Source of the DNA: Eukaryota sp. TZLM1-RC | Lineage: Eukaryota; Protista; Metamonada: BaSk clade | Length of the DNA: 64,000 nucleotides | Reading direction: 5' to 3' | NCBI GenBank assembly: GCA_040285825.1 | Contig: JAUPSS010000006.1 | Location: 186,001 to 250,000, forward strand | Part shown: positions 11,416-21,959 of the stretch, one piece after another | Layout of the letters: each line of letters begins with the position of its first letter | Position numbering within the stretch: the first letter of the stretch is position 1 | Position numbers and translations under genes: made by a program | The notes under the pieces: generated by a model | Database searches by the model: none | What the model saw: the letters and a program-made list of their open reading frames with translations, nothing else | Told to the model about the DNA's origin: nothing

Positions 11416-13593
11416 TCATCGTCGTGGACTAACACCTTTTCCATGGAACCTATAAACGTTGGTAACTGGCTCCTCATTACCAGACAAGAGCTGTAGTATG
11501 GCCTCTCGCCGTTCAGCTCTATGGGGGGAAGATAAGGAGGAAGGGAGTGATGAGTTGCGTAGTCTAGCAGTGCTCCTTGCAGAGTAGCTATCAGAAGGAT
11601 CAGGTGCAGGGCTGAGTTTGGAAAGATCCATTGACAGATTGACAAGCTTCTGTTCGGGAAGATGAACAGGAGTCTTCTCACCAGCAGAAACCGGACGTTT
11701 GTAGGTACGTCTACCAGAGCGTGGGGTTAGTCCTGGGCGTGGAGTAACATCACAATGATGATCACCCACTGAGAATTCCCTACAGGAGGAGCAATAGTTT
11801 GGTGTCTTGCTCGTTGACTCTACTTGAGGTGAACCTGTAGATGAGTACAATGGTGACACCTGAGTCCACTGGCCTCCAGGTGTGATAGCTGCAGAAAAAG
11901 ACTTTGTAGCATCGTTTGCCTGCGGAGTACAACGATAGGCAAAAGGACGAGGCGTCATATTGTTTCTCGGTGTTTTTGTTGTAAAAGTAGAACGTGCTGC
12001 CGGCATTGGATCAAGAAGTAGTCTAACAGCAGATAAGACTGCTTCTAACTGTCTCCTCCTCTCTCTTTCCAATGCAGCCCTTCTGCGTGATATCTTATCC
12101 AACATGTCCTTTGCCCTAGCTTCGAGTCTATCAAATACCTCAAGCTGTTCCATATTTTTATGTTGTTTTTGATGCGGTGAAGGTAAAAGATCAGTGTGTG
12201 TGAGGTCAGTACGCAGATTACCAGTAGAAGACACCACGTCTTCCATTGGCAGAGTTGACTTAAATTTAACAGAAGATTCTCTCAACCTCATCGCCTCCTT
12301 TTCCTGCTCTGCTAGTTCCCTATCTGTTTCTCTTAGCTTTGTGGTTGTCTCTACAATGTTCTGAGTTGCTGACACAAGATCTTTTTCCTTTTTCTGAATA
12401 TCATCATATACTTCCTCACTATACTCAATTTCTTTCCTAAAGATTGGAGATGTTTCTCTATGTTGTGTCGGGGTTACGTCGGGTTCTGGTAATGGTGTTC
12501 TTGGCTTGTTAACCTGTTCTACTAGCTGCTTATTCTCTTGACGTAAGGCCTCCGTCTCTGTTTTGGCTTGGGTGAGGAGAGATTCGAGTTGTGTAATGCG
12601 TTCTGATTCCAAGTTGCTTGAACTTTGACTGTCAGCCAGCTTCTTCTCGAGTTCTTCAATTCTGGCATTAAGGTCAGAATTAGTGCTTTCAAGCTCAGAA
12701 ACTCGTTGACCCTCGACTCTACCTTCCTTTTCAAGCAATTGTTTTTCCTCTTGTAGTTTTTGAATTTTCTGTTCAAGCTCAACAGTGGCACTATCATCAT
12801 TGAATTCCTCTTCAAGTTTGTTATATTTGGTCTCCAAAGTCTTGTAACTTGCCTGTAAATGTGAAAGTTCAGCTTCGAGTCTTCCTGTTTCCAGTTCTTT
12901 TTGATCTTTGAGCTTGTCTATTTGAGCATTAAGATTAGATATTTGGGATAAATAGTCTTCTACATTTTGTTTTAATTCACCATTTTCCCGTTCTTTTTCA
13001 TCTAATTTTCCCTCTAGTTCGGCAATTTCCCTACTATATTGGTCAACTTTGGTAATGTTGGACTCCAATTTTTCCTTTAATCGACCATTTTCAGCTTCCA
13101 TTTCATCAAATTGATCGGATAATTGACTGTAATCCTGAGTTTTTGATTGTTCTTTTTTGAGACTGACTTCCAAGGAATTCGTCTTATTTTGAGCTGTCTT
13201 GAGTTCAGCATCCTTTTCCTTCAATGAACCGCTAAGTTTGGTGCAGTGTTCAATGTATTTGGATAGCTGCTGTTGGAGGTCCTTTTCTTTCTCTTGTGCC
13301 AATTTTTCCATTTCCTTTGTCTTCTCCTCCATGGCTTTGGCAATGGCTTCACGGAACTGACGTTGGATATCATCAGCATCACCATCGACTGTGGGAGCGA
13401 ATTCAGGGAGTTGATCAGGTTCATATCCAGGCCCAAGGCGAGCTTTTTGGAAGAGCATTTCTTTCAGAGCGATGAGTTGTTTGTAAAAGTCCGTCCGTTG
13501 TTCAGACATCATTTTGGTACGTCGTGCAAGTTGGTTTTTTAGAAAGTCTATTTGGACTTGGGGGTCATCAGGAAGAGAGGATGTCTGATGCAT
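11416..13593 (-). CDS. Long coiled-coil protein with S/T/P-rich disordered tail (725 aa), function unknown
   Basis: Uninterrupted 2.2 kb ORF with E/K/Q/L heptads and many TP/SP sites. Confidence 0.8.
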   Translation of the reverse strand: MHQTSSLPDDPQVQIDFLKNQLARRTKMMSEQRTDFYKQLIALKEMLFQKARLGPGYEPDQLPEFAPTVDGDADDIQRQFREAIAKAMEEKTKEMEKLAQEKEKDLQQQLSKYIEHCTKLSGSLKEKDAELKTAQNKTNSLEVSLKKEQSKTQDYSQLSDQFDEMEAENGRLKEKLESNITKVDQYSREIAELEGKLDEKERENGELKQNVEDYLSQISNLNAQIDKLKDQKELETGRLEAELSHLQASYKTLETKYNKLEEEFNDDSATVELEQKIQKLQEEKQLLEKEGRVEGQRVSELESTNSDLNARIEELEKKLADSQSSSNLESERITQLESLLTQAKTETEALRQENKQLVEQVNKPRTPLPEPDVTPTQHRETSPIFRKEIEYSEEVYDDIQKKEKDLVSATQNIVETTTKLRETDRELAEQEKEAMRLRESSVKFKSTLPMEDVVSSTGNLRTDLTHTDLLPSPHQKQHKNMEQLEVFDRLEARAKDMLDKISRRRAALERERRRQLEAVLSAVRLLLDPMPAARSTFTTKTPRNNMTPRPFAYRCTPQANDATKSFSAAITPGGQWTQVSPLYSSTGSPQVESTSKTPNYCSSCREFSVGDHHCDVTPRPGLTPRSGRRTYKRPVSAGEKTPVHLPEQKLVNLSMDLSKLSPAPDPSDSYSARSTARLRNSSLPSSLSSPHRAERREAILQLLSGNEEPVTNVYRFHGKGVSPRR

Positions 13594-13993
13594 GATAGAG
13601 GAAGAGAAGAGATGACGGGGGTGTGAGGTTGAGTATGTTGGTGATCCAGAATTCTTTTATCTTCATTCATCTTGATTCATCTTCTTTTATCTGATATCAC
13701 GGTGCAGGGCTCTGTTCCACGCAAATCTAAATAAAATGGTACTGCATTGTCGTTGTGTTCTAGGATATATCATTTTTGTACACTTTATACTCAAAAAGAT
13801 TATTACAACCAAATGTTTTCTCAATTGTTTATTCAAATCGAACAAAACCCCACTTGCCTTCTTAAATTATTTGAACATTCAGCCATTTTTCATCCTATAA
13901 ATTGTTCTTTTGCGATGTAACAACCTTATCATCAAATATCTACATCCTGATGTACGTAAGCAAACTTGCGAAATCTGTGACCAACCACTACAG

Positions 13994-14623
13994 ATGCAAA
14001 ATCTGCAAAATCTGACAGATGAGGATGTTTTGTCAATTCTCGGTGCAGAATTCTTAAATACAAATTATACCACCATCTCAACCCTCAACACAACAAATAT
14101 ACCACATATGCAAGAAGATCCTACTTCAGTCAACCACCAGCCACCACCTACAGACTGTATGGTTGTCACTGCACTTCTATTCACCTAAGACACTCAAAAA
14201 TACTACTGGTTAAAGAACAAATACAGGGATCTTGAAAGGCGCTTTAGAGCCCAAGAGTCTGAACTCGCTCAACTCAGAGCCAAGAATCAAGAATTAACCA
14301 CTGAACGCACGCATTTCATCGATCGACTGATAGAACTAGAGCACCTAGATGAAGAAGATCTCTCCATGGCTTCAACAGAGGAACCTCAACCAACACCCAT
14401 CAATATTATTTCATCCATACTGTGCAACCACAATGAAAAGGGAGTTAGATGCGGTCGTAGAGTTGTATCGGGACTACAAAAGTGTTTCCAACACGCCCCC
14501 CTCCAGGAGAATTCTGGTTTTGTTTATTGTCAAAGTCCAGGATGTCCAAATTCTGCAAAGCTTAATGAATCGGGAGGATCTTATTGTGCTTATCATAGGA
14601 GACCATCCCAGCAGCATCTGTAG
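13994..14623 (+). CDS. INO80E/TBRG1-like coiled coil + zf-C3Hc3H-like protein, with a 33-nt intron at 14157-14189
   Basis: Removing GTATGG..TTCACCTAAG removes the in-frame TAA and gives DYTQKYYWLKNKYRDL..ERTHFIDRLIELE, followed by two C3H motifs (C..C..CFQH; C..C..CAYH). A possible extra 5' micro-exon lies at 13950-13955 (intron 13956-13993). Confidence 0.65.
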
Positions 14624-15653
14624 TGAGTTTACTAAAAAAGTAGAGGTTTTTATTTTAGTTCTAGATGTTTAGTTAAAGTTTTTGTGCTTTTTGTGCGTGG
14701 TATGTAATAAAAATAACTTTGAGTTTGATTGGAATTTTTAGTTTTTAATTGATTGAAATATTTTCTGGTTTCATTTGCTCACTCATTTTTTATCATGCCA
14801 GGAAAATACACTATATTTATTGTATTTTTCAAAACAAAGTCTGTGTATTTTCCAGGTATGTTTCACACACTGTGAATCAACTTAATTGAAAATCGAAAAA
14901 CTTGAAAAGCAATCAGTTAAAATAACATTTATGATATCCATAATCATAACTATTGTTCAAATTAAATATTTAATAAATAAAAAGATAAAGTATTTTTATT
15001 AGTATTTTCTTTTGGTAAACTATTGTTCAATTCAAAACTAAATGGCAATTTCTTGTTGAATATATTCCGAATATTGAATATCAATCAAATCACGTATAAT
15101 GACGTGGCAGCAGTTCAAATTTAGTTTTGTATTTTAATAAAAGCCTTTTTTGTCCAAAAAGTAGTATTATCCATGCTTTCATTAAAATAGGAGCAACGTT
15201 TATATTGAATTAACCTAATTGAAAACTTAAGATTATTTAAATATTGTTTCAATTCTGGTGAAATTTAAACAAGTTTTGAATGTCAAAACTTGCTTGAAAC
15301 CTTTGATTGGTATGATTATATTGTTAGAATTGCTTTTAAATAAAATTTATTGACACTATTTTGCTGAGATGATTTACACAATTTATCTAAAATTACTTGT
15401 ATGTTAGAGAATTGAATTTTAATAGAAAAGGCCCACATTGCATTTCAGTTGGGTTTGTCAGCGAAACATTGTAGGTCCCACTTGCTGACGTCAAATGCAT
15501 TGAGGCATACCGATCATAATTGAGTAAGTATTCCAAGAGATGAAACCACTTTCTGCTGACATAATCAAATTATTGAGAATGAATGTTTGCGAAACACCCA
15601 CTCATCAGCTCTCAATTCACGCTCTTTTTAACTGTTGTTGTCAATTACTAATT

Positions 15654-17460
15654 GTTTTTTTTTAAAATTTAATTTTATTCTAAACCTATAAATCAACATC
15701 TAAAAAATCCATCTCTCCCAAAACAAAAACACTAGATGCAACTCTCTCATAGTGAGATCCAAGAGAAAGCAAAACATCAGAAACCATCTTCAACATCCCC
15801 TTAAAAATAGAAAACACAATTCTATTTTGCCAAAACAATCTGTTGAAATTTCTGCCAGTTCTTCTCTTTACAATCAATTCAAAATCATCCAAAAAACGTA
15901 AAGCAGTTGGTGCAATTGAACCAAAAAGGGAAAATACAAATGGATACAAATTGTATTTTGCATGCTGTAGACTGGCCAATTTGGACAAAGGTTCATTGTA
16001 TTTTTTGAATTTAAAATTTTCAGCATTTGAAAGGGGATTATGAATTTCAGAATTAACAAGCCTTTCATTTGAGGCATTACAAGGATCAACAGACATTACA
16101 TCCAATAAAATGAAGCTTCCATCTAATCCAGGTAATATGACATCACCTCTATTATTCTTATGAAAATCATTTTCAGCATCAAACAGATTTGACAACAGAG
16201 GTTCCAAGAAGGATTCAATTCTAGGAGATTTACACATACAATATAACTGGTCTCTTACAGCATCATGAACCTTGCTTCTAAAAGTAATAAAATGTTTACA
16301 ATTTAACAAATGAGTAGTTGTAATTTCTCGAGAACATTTACAAATTAAATTATGAGGTAAATTATCAGGCCAGATAAAGGAACGAAATCTCATATTCAGA
16401 GTCCAAGCAGAATCGGATAAGAGAGTACCATAAACTTGTGGAATTGTTGTTACTAAGGCAGAAGAAGTACTGTCACACATATCTTGTAAAAAGATTTGCA
16501 AAAGCGGGATTCTTTTTTCTTGGCCAAGCCAAGTCTAACATCAAAATCCAAGCTTTCAAAAATCTTTGACAATTTTTGTTGAAGCTTTTTACAGCAAAAC
16601 TGTAAATTAAACAGAGATCGGTTTGGAATTTCTTGAATTGATTGAGGAAAACATTTGGTCCAAATTTGTGGCGGTAATTTTTCAAGTTCACAAGATAACT
16701 CATACAAATAGGGACTACAATTGGGGACTAACAGATGAGAATCATCAGGAAATCTACGAGAAAATTCATAAATAAAATTTTTGCCACCACCCAAGAATGC
16801 TGATTGACACAAAATTGAAGATTTAGTAAAACCAATACCACCCAAATTTGCTGAAGAAAATAAATGGCTTTTCAACATTCCTGGTTCTACATCCAATAAA
16901 TCAGCAAAAAATTCTGTTCTCAATGAATTAAAAGAACGACAAAAATCTAATGCTATGGAAGGATCACAAGGTCTCAAAATGTGGGTTATTCTCCCAGTGT
17001 AGCAAATTTTAAGCATGAAAAATTTAATATGCTTTTCTATATCTAAAGAAGAAATTGAATCAAGTTCAATTTTCATTTTTTCCAAAATAACTTGCAATTC
17101 ATTCTGAATTTGAGGCACATTTCCTAACCAACAACCAAGGAACTTAAAAGCATCACTACTATAATTAGTAAAAGGGACAATAGAATCGTTTATCACGAGG
17201 TCTTGAGCAGAAGAGCCAATCAGAAGGCATTTGCTGGCATTAAGATGAAGCCCAATATTTTCATATGAATCGGCAATTTCTTGAGCAACCAATTCTAGTA
17301 AATCAAATGAACCAATCAAGGATATATCATCCATATAAACAACTATTTTTATAGAAGGGTATTTTTGCTTAATGATATTTAAAGTTTTGTGAATAGCTAA
17401 ACAAAACAATAATGGGCCTAAAGGATCTCCCTGCTTCACTCCAGAAGATGATTTAAGATT
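15654..17460 (-). mobile_element. 5'-truncated CRE-like non-LTR retrotransposon (RT + CCHC + restriction-like endonuclease), one frameshift near 16510
   Basis: RT motifs GVKQGDPLGPLLF, YMDD, FLG and GGIG. CKC..HLLNC..HD, RGDV..LDV..K..KY. A-run just 3' of the stop codon. Confidence 0.9.
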
Positions 17461-18538
17461 GTTTTTCAGATGATAATTTACGTATAATTTTATTAAAACA
17501 TACTTTATTAACAAAACTGTTTCAATTGATTTAGAAAATCGTTACTGATATTGTTTAATAATGTAGCTCCTGATTACGCTATTCTAAATCAACGCTTCAG
17601 TTGATCAATAAAGCGAAATAATGAGATTAGAGTTGCATGATTATTTCACATTGTGGCAAATTGCACAACATAGGTAGTGAATCAAGGTACTGAATTTGTG
17701 ACGAAACCTCAGCAGACCGCTTCTCGATTGACCAAATTATGCAACCACTAATGCTTGGAGAGTTCAAAATTGAATGAAGATCACCATCCAATACTTTTAA
17801 TGTCAGTTTTTGCATTCTTTGAAAGGATAAGTTAGGAACATGTAGTGGAATCAAAATAATTAGTAAAAGGTAAAAAGTGCATCAATGTAGACCAATCATT
17901 CCCAAGAAATAGAAAACATTTCCCCCTCTACATCATGGCATAATACACTGAATAACCAATCCTCAGAAGCTACATCTTCAAGTATACATTCATCCCTTAC
18001 CAATTGATTGTCCACTTCTTCGTAGATTCTTTCACAAACTTCATCTTCTGAAACCAAGGGTGTGCTTCTCTACAATTCACTTGCTTCATTTGCTTTCTCC
18101 TCATCAATCGAAGTCGAACTCTATCCACAAGAGGGGCAATTCTTCAACTGAAGACTAACTTTTCATTCCTCCCCACCAACATCACACATCGTTTTTTGAA
18201 TGTATTGTCACCATTTGTGTTACTGACACTACTCTGGACAAAGCTTTGTTCAGGTTTCACTCGCTTTTTATGTTTTATAAGGTTGATAAATTTTTGTACA
18301 AAGTGTGCAATAAATGTTCCTTTATTTCAGTTAAAATTGGTGTAAAGTTGATGTTTAATTCAACTAATTCAAAACTTTTATCTATTTGAAAATCATTGAC
18401 TCATTTACAATTCCACTGAAAATTGAACAAGTTTGTGTTCAAACGTTTGATTAAAATAATCATTTTGTTGGAATTGGTGAAAATTGAAATTAAACAATGA
18501 TTGAAAAAAAAATGATTTATAAAACAAATCAAACACAA

Positions 18539-20365
18539 TTACTCTACAATATACAATTTTTGATCTGGGTATAACAAACTACAGTAAGGATAATAAGAAT
18601 CACCATCTAATCTAGGTAATTCACCATTGAAATCAATATAACCTGAACCAACCTCCTTCAAATTAATGGTGTAATTAACTAAATCAACAGTGATTTCAAT
18701 TACATCACCTTCTTCCCATTTGGTACAGGTTCCTGATGTGTTGAGGGGAATACCACCATTAAAACAACCATAGACATCAAAGCTACTGATCCTAGAAGAG
18801 TAAAACTTCTTCCCAGCAATAACACCAATAACAAGACCCTGATTACCACCCTGATTACCACCTTGATAACTAACCCTCCATTTATGAACACTACCATGCT
18901 TCAAGGGTTCATCTCCTCTTATTGGTTGGACAAGACCACCACCACTTTTAGCCATCAAACCATCACAAGAAACAGAAACCACATCATTCTTACATTCCTT
19001 GGAAAAAACCACACCATTTGAACCTCTGGAACCTCTTCTGGGAACACTTGGCTGGCATCTTCGAATAGTTCCAAGGCTTGGGACCGCCTTACGAGGAACA
19101 CGTGGCACAGCTTGGGAATCATTCCCCTTCCTTGAATTGTTGATTTCCCTTTTTGCAGCATCCAAATTCCTTGATAATTCTTCATTTCGTTTTTACAAGG
19201 TTTGATTTTCAGCTCTAACCCTATCAAGTTGAGCTTTATTCTGGTTATTTTCAGCAGCAACTTCTTCTAATTGTTGCTCAAGACCAGCTATTCTATCCTC
19301 ATTAGCAGCATTAGCTTGAGCAACCGCTCTTTCAATGTCAGCATTGGATAAACAATGGTTCATTTGATTAGACCTTGAACTTTGAACAAGTTCAACTTCT
19401 AAAGCCAAAGAATCTCGTAATGATTCCAAAACATTGATGACTTGGAAAACACAAGGTCTCTCATTAGGCTCTTTACGACAACAATTAGTTATCAATTCTT
19501 TCAACGGTAGAGGTACATTAGCAGGAAAGGGGAGTGGTTTATCATTCATCTTCGCTCCAAAAAGCGCCATTGGATTCAAACCAGCAAAAGCCTCGGTATT
19601 TGTTAGTAACTCGAATAACACTACCCCTATGGAGTAAACATCACCAGCAGGATGGATTTCGTTATCAAAAGCTTCGGGAGGAGCATACTTGGCAGTAATG
19701 GCTGTGCTAGACGGGAGTTTGGTTGTGTTGGCAATGGTTCTAGAAGTGCCAAAATCTCCTATTCGAACTTCACCATGAAGTATCAAGATGTTGGCTGGCT
19801 TTATATCACCATGAACAGCACTCTGAGAGTGGAGATATGCAACGGAATTACAGATATCAATGGCATGCTTTAGGGTCATGGCAGAGAGTTTGGAAGGAGT
19901 GTTTAATGAACCAGAGGCCTTTTCCATGACAATGGCTACTTTGTCTTCCAGGTAGGTCAATCCAAACACACGGAGGATATGTGGATTAGCTAATCTTGAT
20001 AAGAAGGACACCTCTCTCTTAAGCAGTGACACACCTTCCTCTGTAAGGGAGACAGCTTTGAGGGCAACAGGAGCACCACACCAAGTCCCCTCGTATACAA
20101 CAGCCTGACCGCCTTCTCCGATCTTGCGTCCTATTTTGATGTCAGATGACGGGATCTCAGGAGAGAAACTGCCGACATTGGACGCTATGACAAGATTGAG
20201 AAGACTATGATTCTTTTTGGATTGGGGTAGAGCATTAGCGTTACAAATATTACAGTGCAAAAGGTTCTTGGCACACAAAGCACATACTGAATGATTGTCC
20301 TTACAGATCAGCATTGGTTGACACTGAGTGGAATCAAAAGCTTCTCTACATGAGATGCAGTTCAT
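18539..20365 (-). pseudogene. Paralogue of the RING-kinase-CC-SPRY gene with one in-frame TAA (19193-19195)
   Basis: Colinear with 2285-4117. ACC TTG TAA AAA versus ACC TTG CAA AAA, with the downstream ORF in the same frame. One 7-aa deletion in the coiled coil. Confidence 0.85.
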
Positions 20366-21044
20366 TGATGTTGAGGATAGTTTTGAAAATTGAAATTTCT
20401 GTTGTTTGGACAACAGTGACTATTGTTACTTTGCTTGGTGAGACTGAAGGAATGAATGTGAGTGTTGTTGCACACTCTTCACACCTTTCATTATTGAATC
20501 TGCTTAATGACATGACTTCAAAATTATTATGTCTGATGCAATACAACTTAAAAATGATGTGTCGAATTTAGCTCTTGAGACTCACTCTGTACAATTAACC
20601 CCTTGATTTAGTATCTGACTATAGGAAATAACGTTTGAATAAATATAAAAAACTCATTTTTAACATCAAAGCATTTTTATTTGGCATCATTAAAAACTTA
20701 TGCCAGTGCCATTAATGTTGAACTTTATTTTTTGAAATGTTGAAACAAGTGTTTTGAGTTGATGTCTGAAGTTTAAGTTTAAGGGTATCTTTTACAAAAA
20801 AAGTTACTTTTCAACAGTTACTTTTCCGCCGAGAAAACAGAAAAAAAGCCGCCGAACAGAAACTCCAACTAAATTGCTAACACTGAAAAATCTTGTTAGG
20901 TGATGTTTATGAAAAAGTGCAAATAGAAAAAACTACGAAAAGACTCACATGAAGAATTTCAAGATATATAATGATCCATACTGAATTTCGATGAAAACAA
21001 TAGTAAAGATCTTTGGATCTTTGGACTCAAGAATCAGTAAGAAT

Positions 21045-21578
21045 CAGTGGTGAGCTGAGATTAATCGCACAAGGTCTGAGGCGAAGATGATACAGAGATT
21101 CAAATCAGTAATTGGAGATCCCAGCCAAGTAGTTATCGGAATTGGAGACTGGGAACAACGAAAACACATGAAATTCAGAGAACCAACCAAAGCAAAAGGT
21201 TTGAGAATTCTATTTAAAAAGGCTGATTATAAGGTCTTTTTAATTGATGAGTTTCGAACCAGTTGCTGTTGTTTCAACTGTAAGAAAGCGGAGAAAACAG
21301 TTGAAACATTCCGATGGTGCAGAATTACCAGGCCATGGAAGAGGCATGAGAAGTCTATTCGTCACGGGGTAACCATGTGTAAATCATGTGAAAGTTTGTG
21401 GAATAGAGATCGAAATGCTTCGCTGAATATGTTGGCAGTGATGGAAGCACAGGTAAGGGGTGGAGATAGACCGGTATACCTACAGAGAGCCAAGGTTGAT
21501 GTCAGTTCAAAGAAAATGGTTTCAAGGAGAAAATCTTCCTCCACTACTCAAATACTTAGTCCCTCTACACCAGTGTAA
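21045..21578 (+). mobile_element. 5'-truncated Fanzor1 (eukaryotic TnpB) C-terminal half
   Basis: INRTRSEAKMIQRFK, IGDW, EPTK..G, IDEFRTS-CxxC..CxxC, WNRDRNASLNM and RPVYLQR. RuvC-I is missing. Confidence 0.85.
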
Positions 21579-21620
21579 AAAGGACACTTATTTCATTGTT
21601 TTAGACTTCATCTGTAACAA

Positions 21621-21959
21621 ATGAAAGTCTCTGAGAACCTCCGTAAGATGCGTTTTCTGCAGAAGGCCACAAAGTCAAAGTCGGCAACTAAATCTTCTAC
21701 ATCAGTGCTTGAACAATGGCGTCTTATAAAACCAGATCCTGTTCCTGAGGAAACTGTTATACCTTACGTCGACACTACATGCTCCAAGTTAATCGTAGGA
21801 AGGTTCTCTTTCAACGGCTTCAACCCTTCCATTGAGAAACTTCACACATCCAGAAAAAGACAATCTGTCAAGGAGGAGGACGTCTCTACCGCTGAGATGC
21901 TTTCCCATTACGAGAAGAATGTTAAAGCTCCTCCAGCAAAGAAGAAGAGGGATGTTTAG
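21621..21959 (+). CDS. MPHOSPH6: M-phase phosphoprotein 6 (exosome cofactor Mpp6)
   Basis: S.NLRKMRFLQ, GRFSFNGFNPSIEKL, DVS..EM and a basic C-terminus. Confidence 0.85.
   Translation: MKVSENLRKMRFLQKATKSKSATKSSTSVLEQWRLIKPDPVPEETVIPYVDTTCSKLIVGRFSFNGFNPSIEKLHTSRKRQSVKEEDVSTAEMLSHYEKNVKAPPAKKKRDV

Noticed and set aside
14186-14188. Alternative genetic code (TAR=Gln) suggested by several in-frame TAA codons
   Set aside because: Long conserved genes contain no internal TAR and end in TAA/TAG at expected positions. This TAA lies inside a plausible intron.
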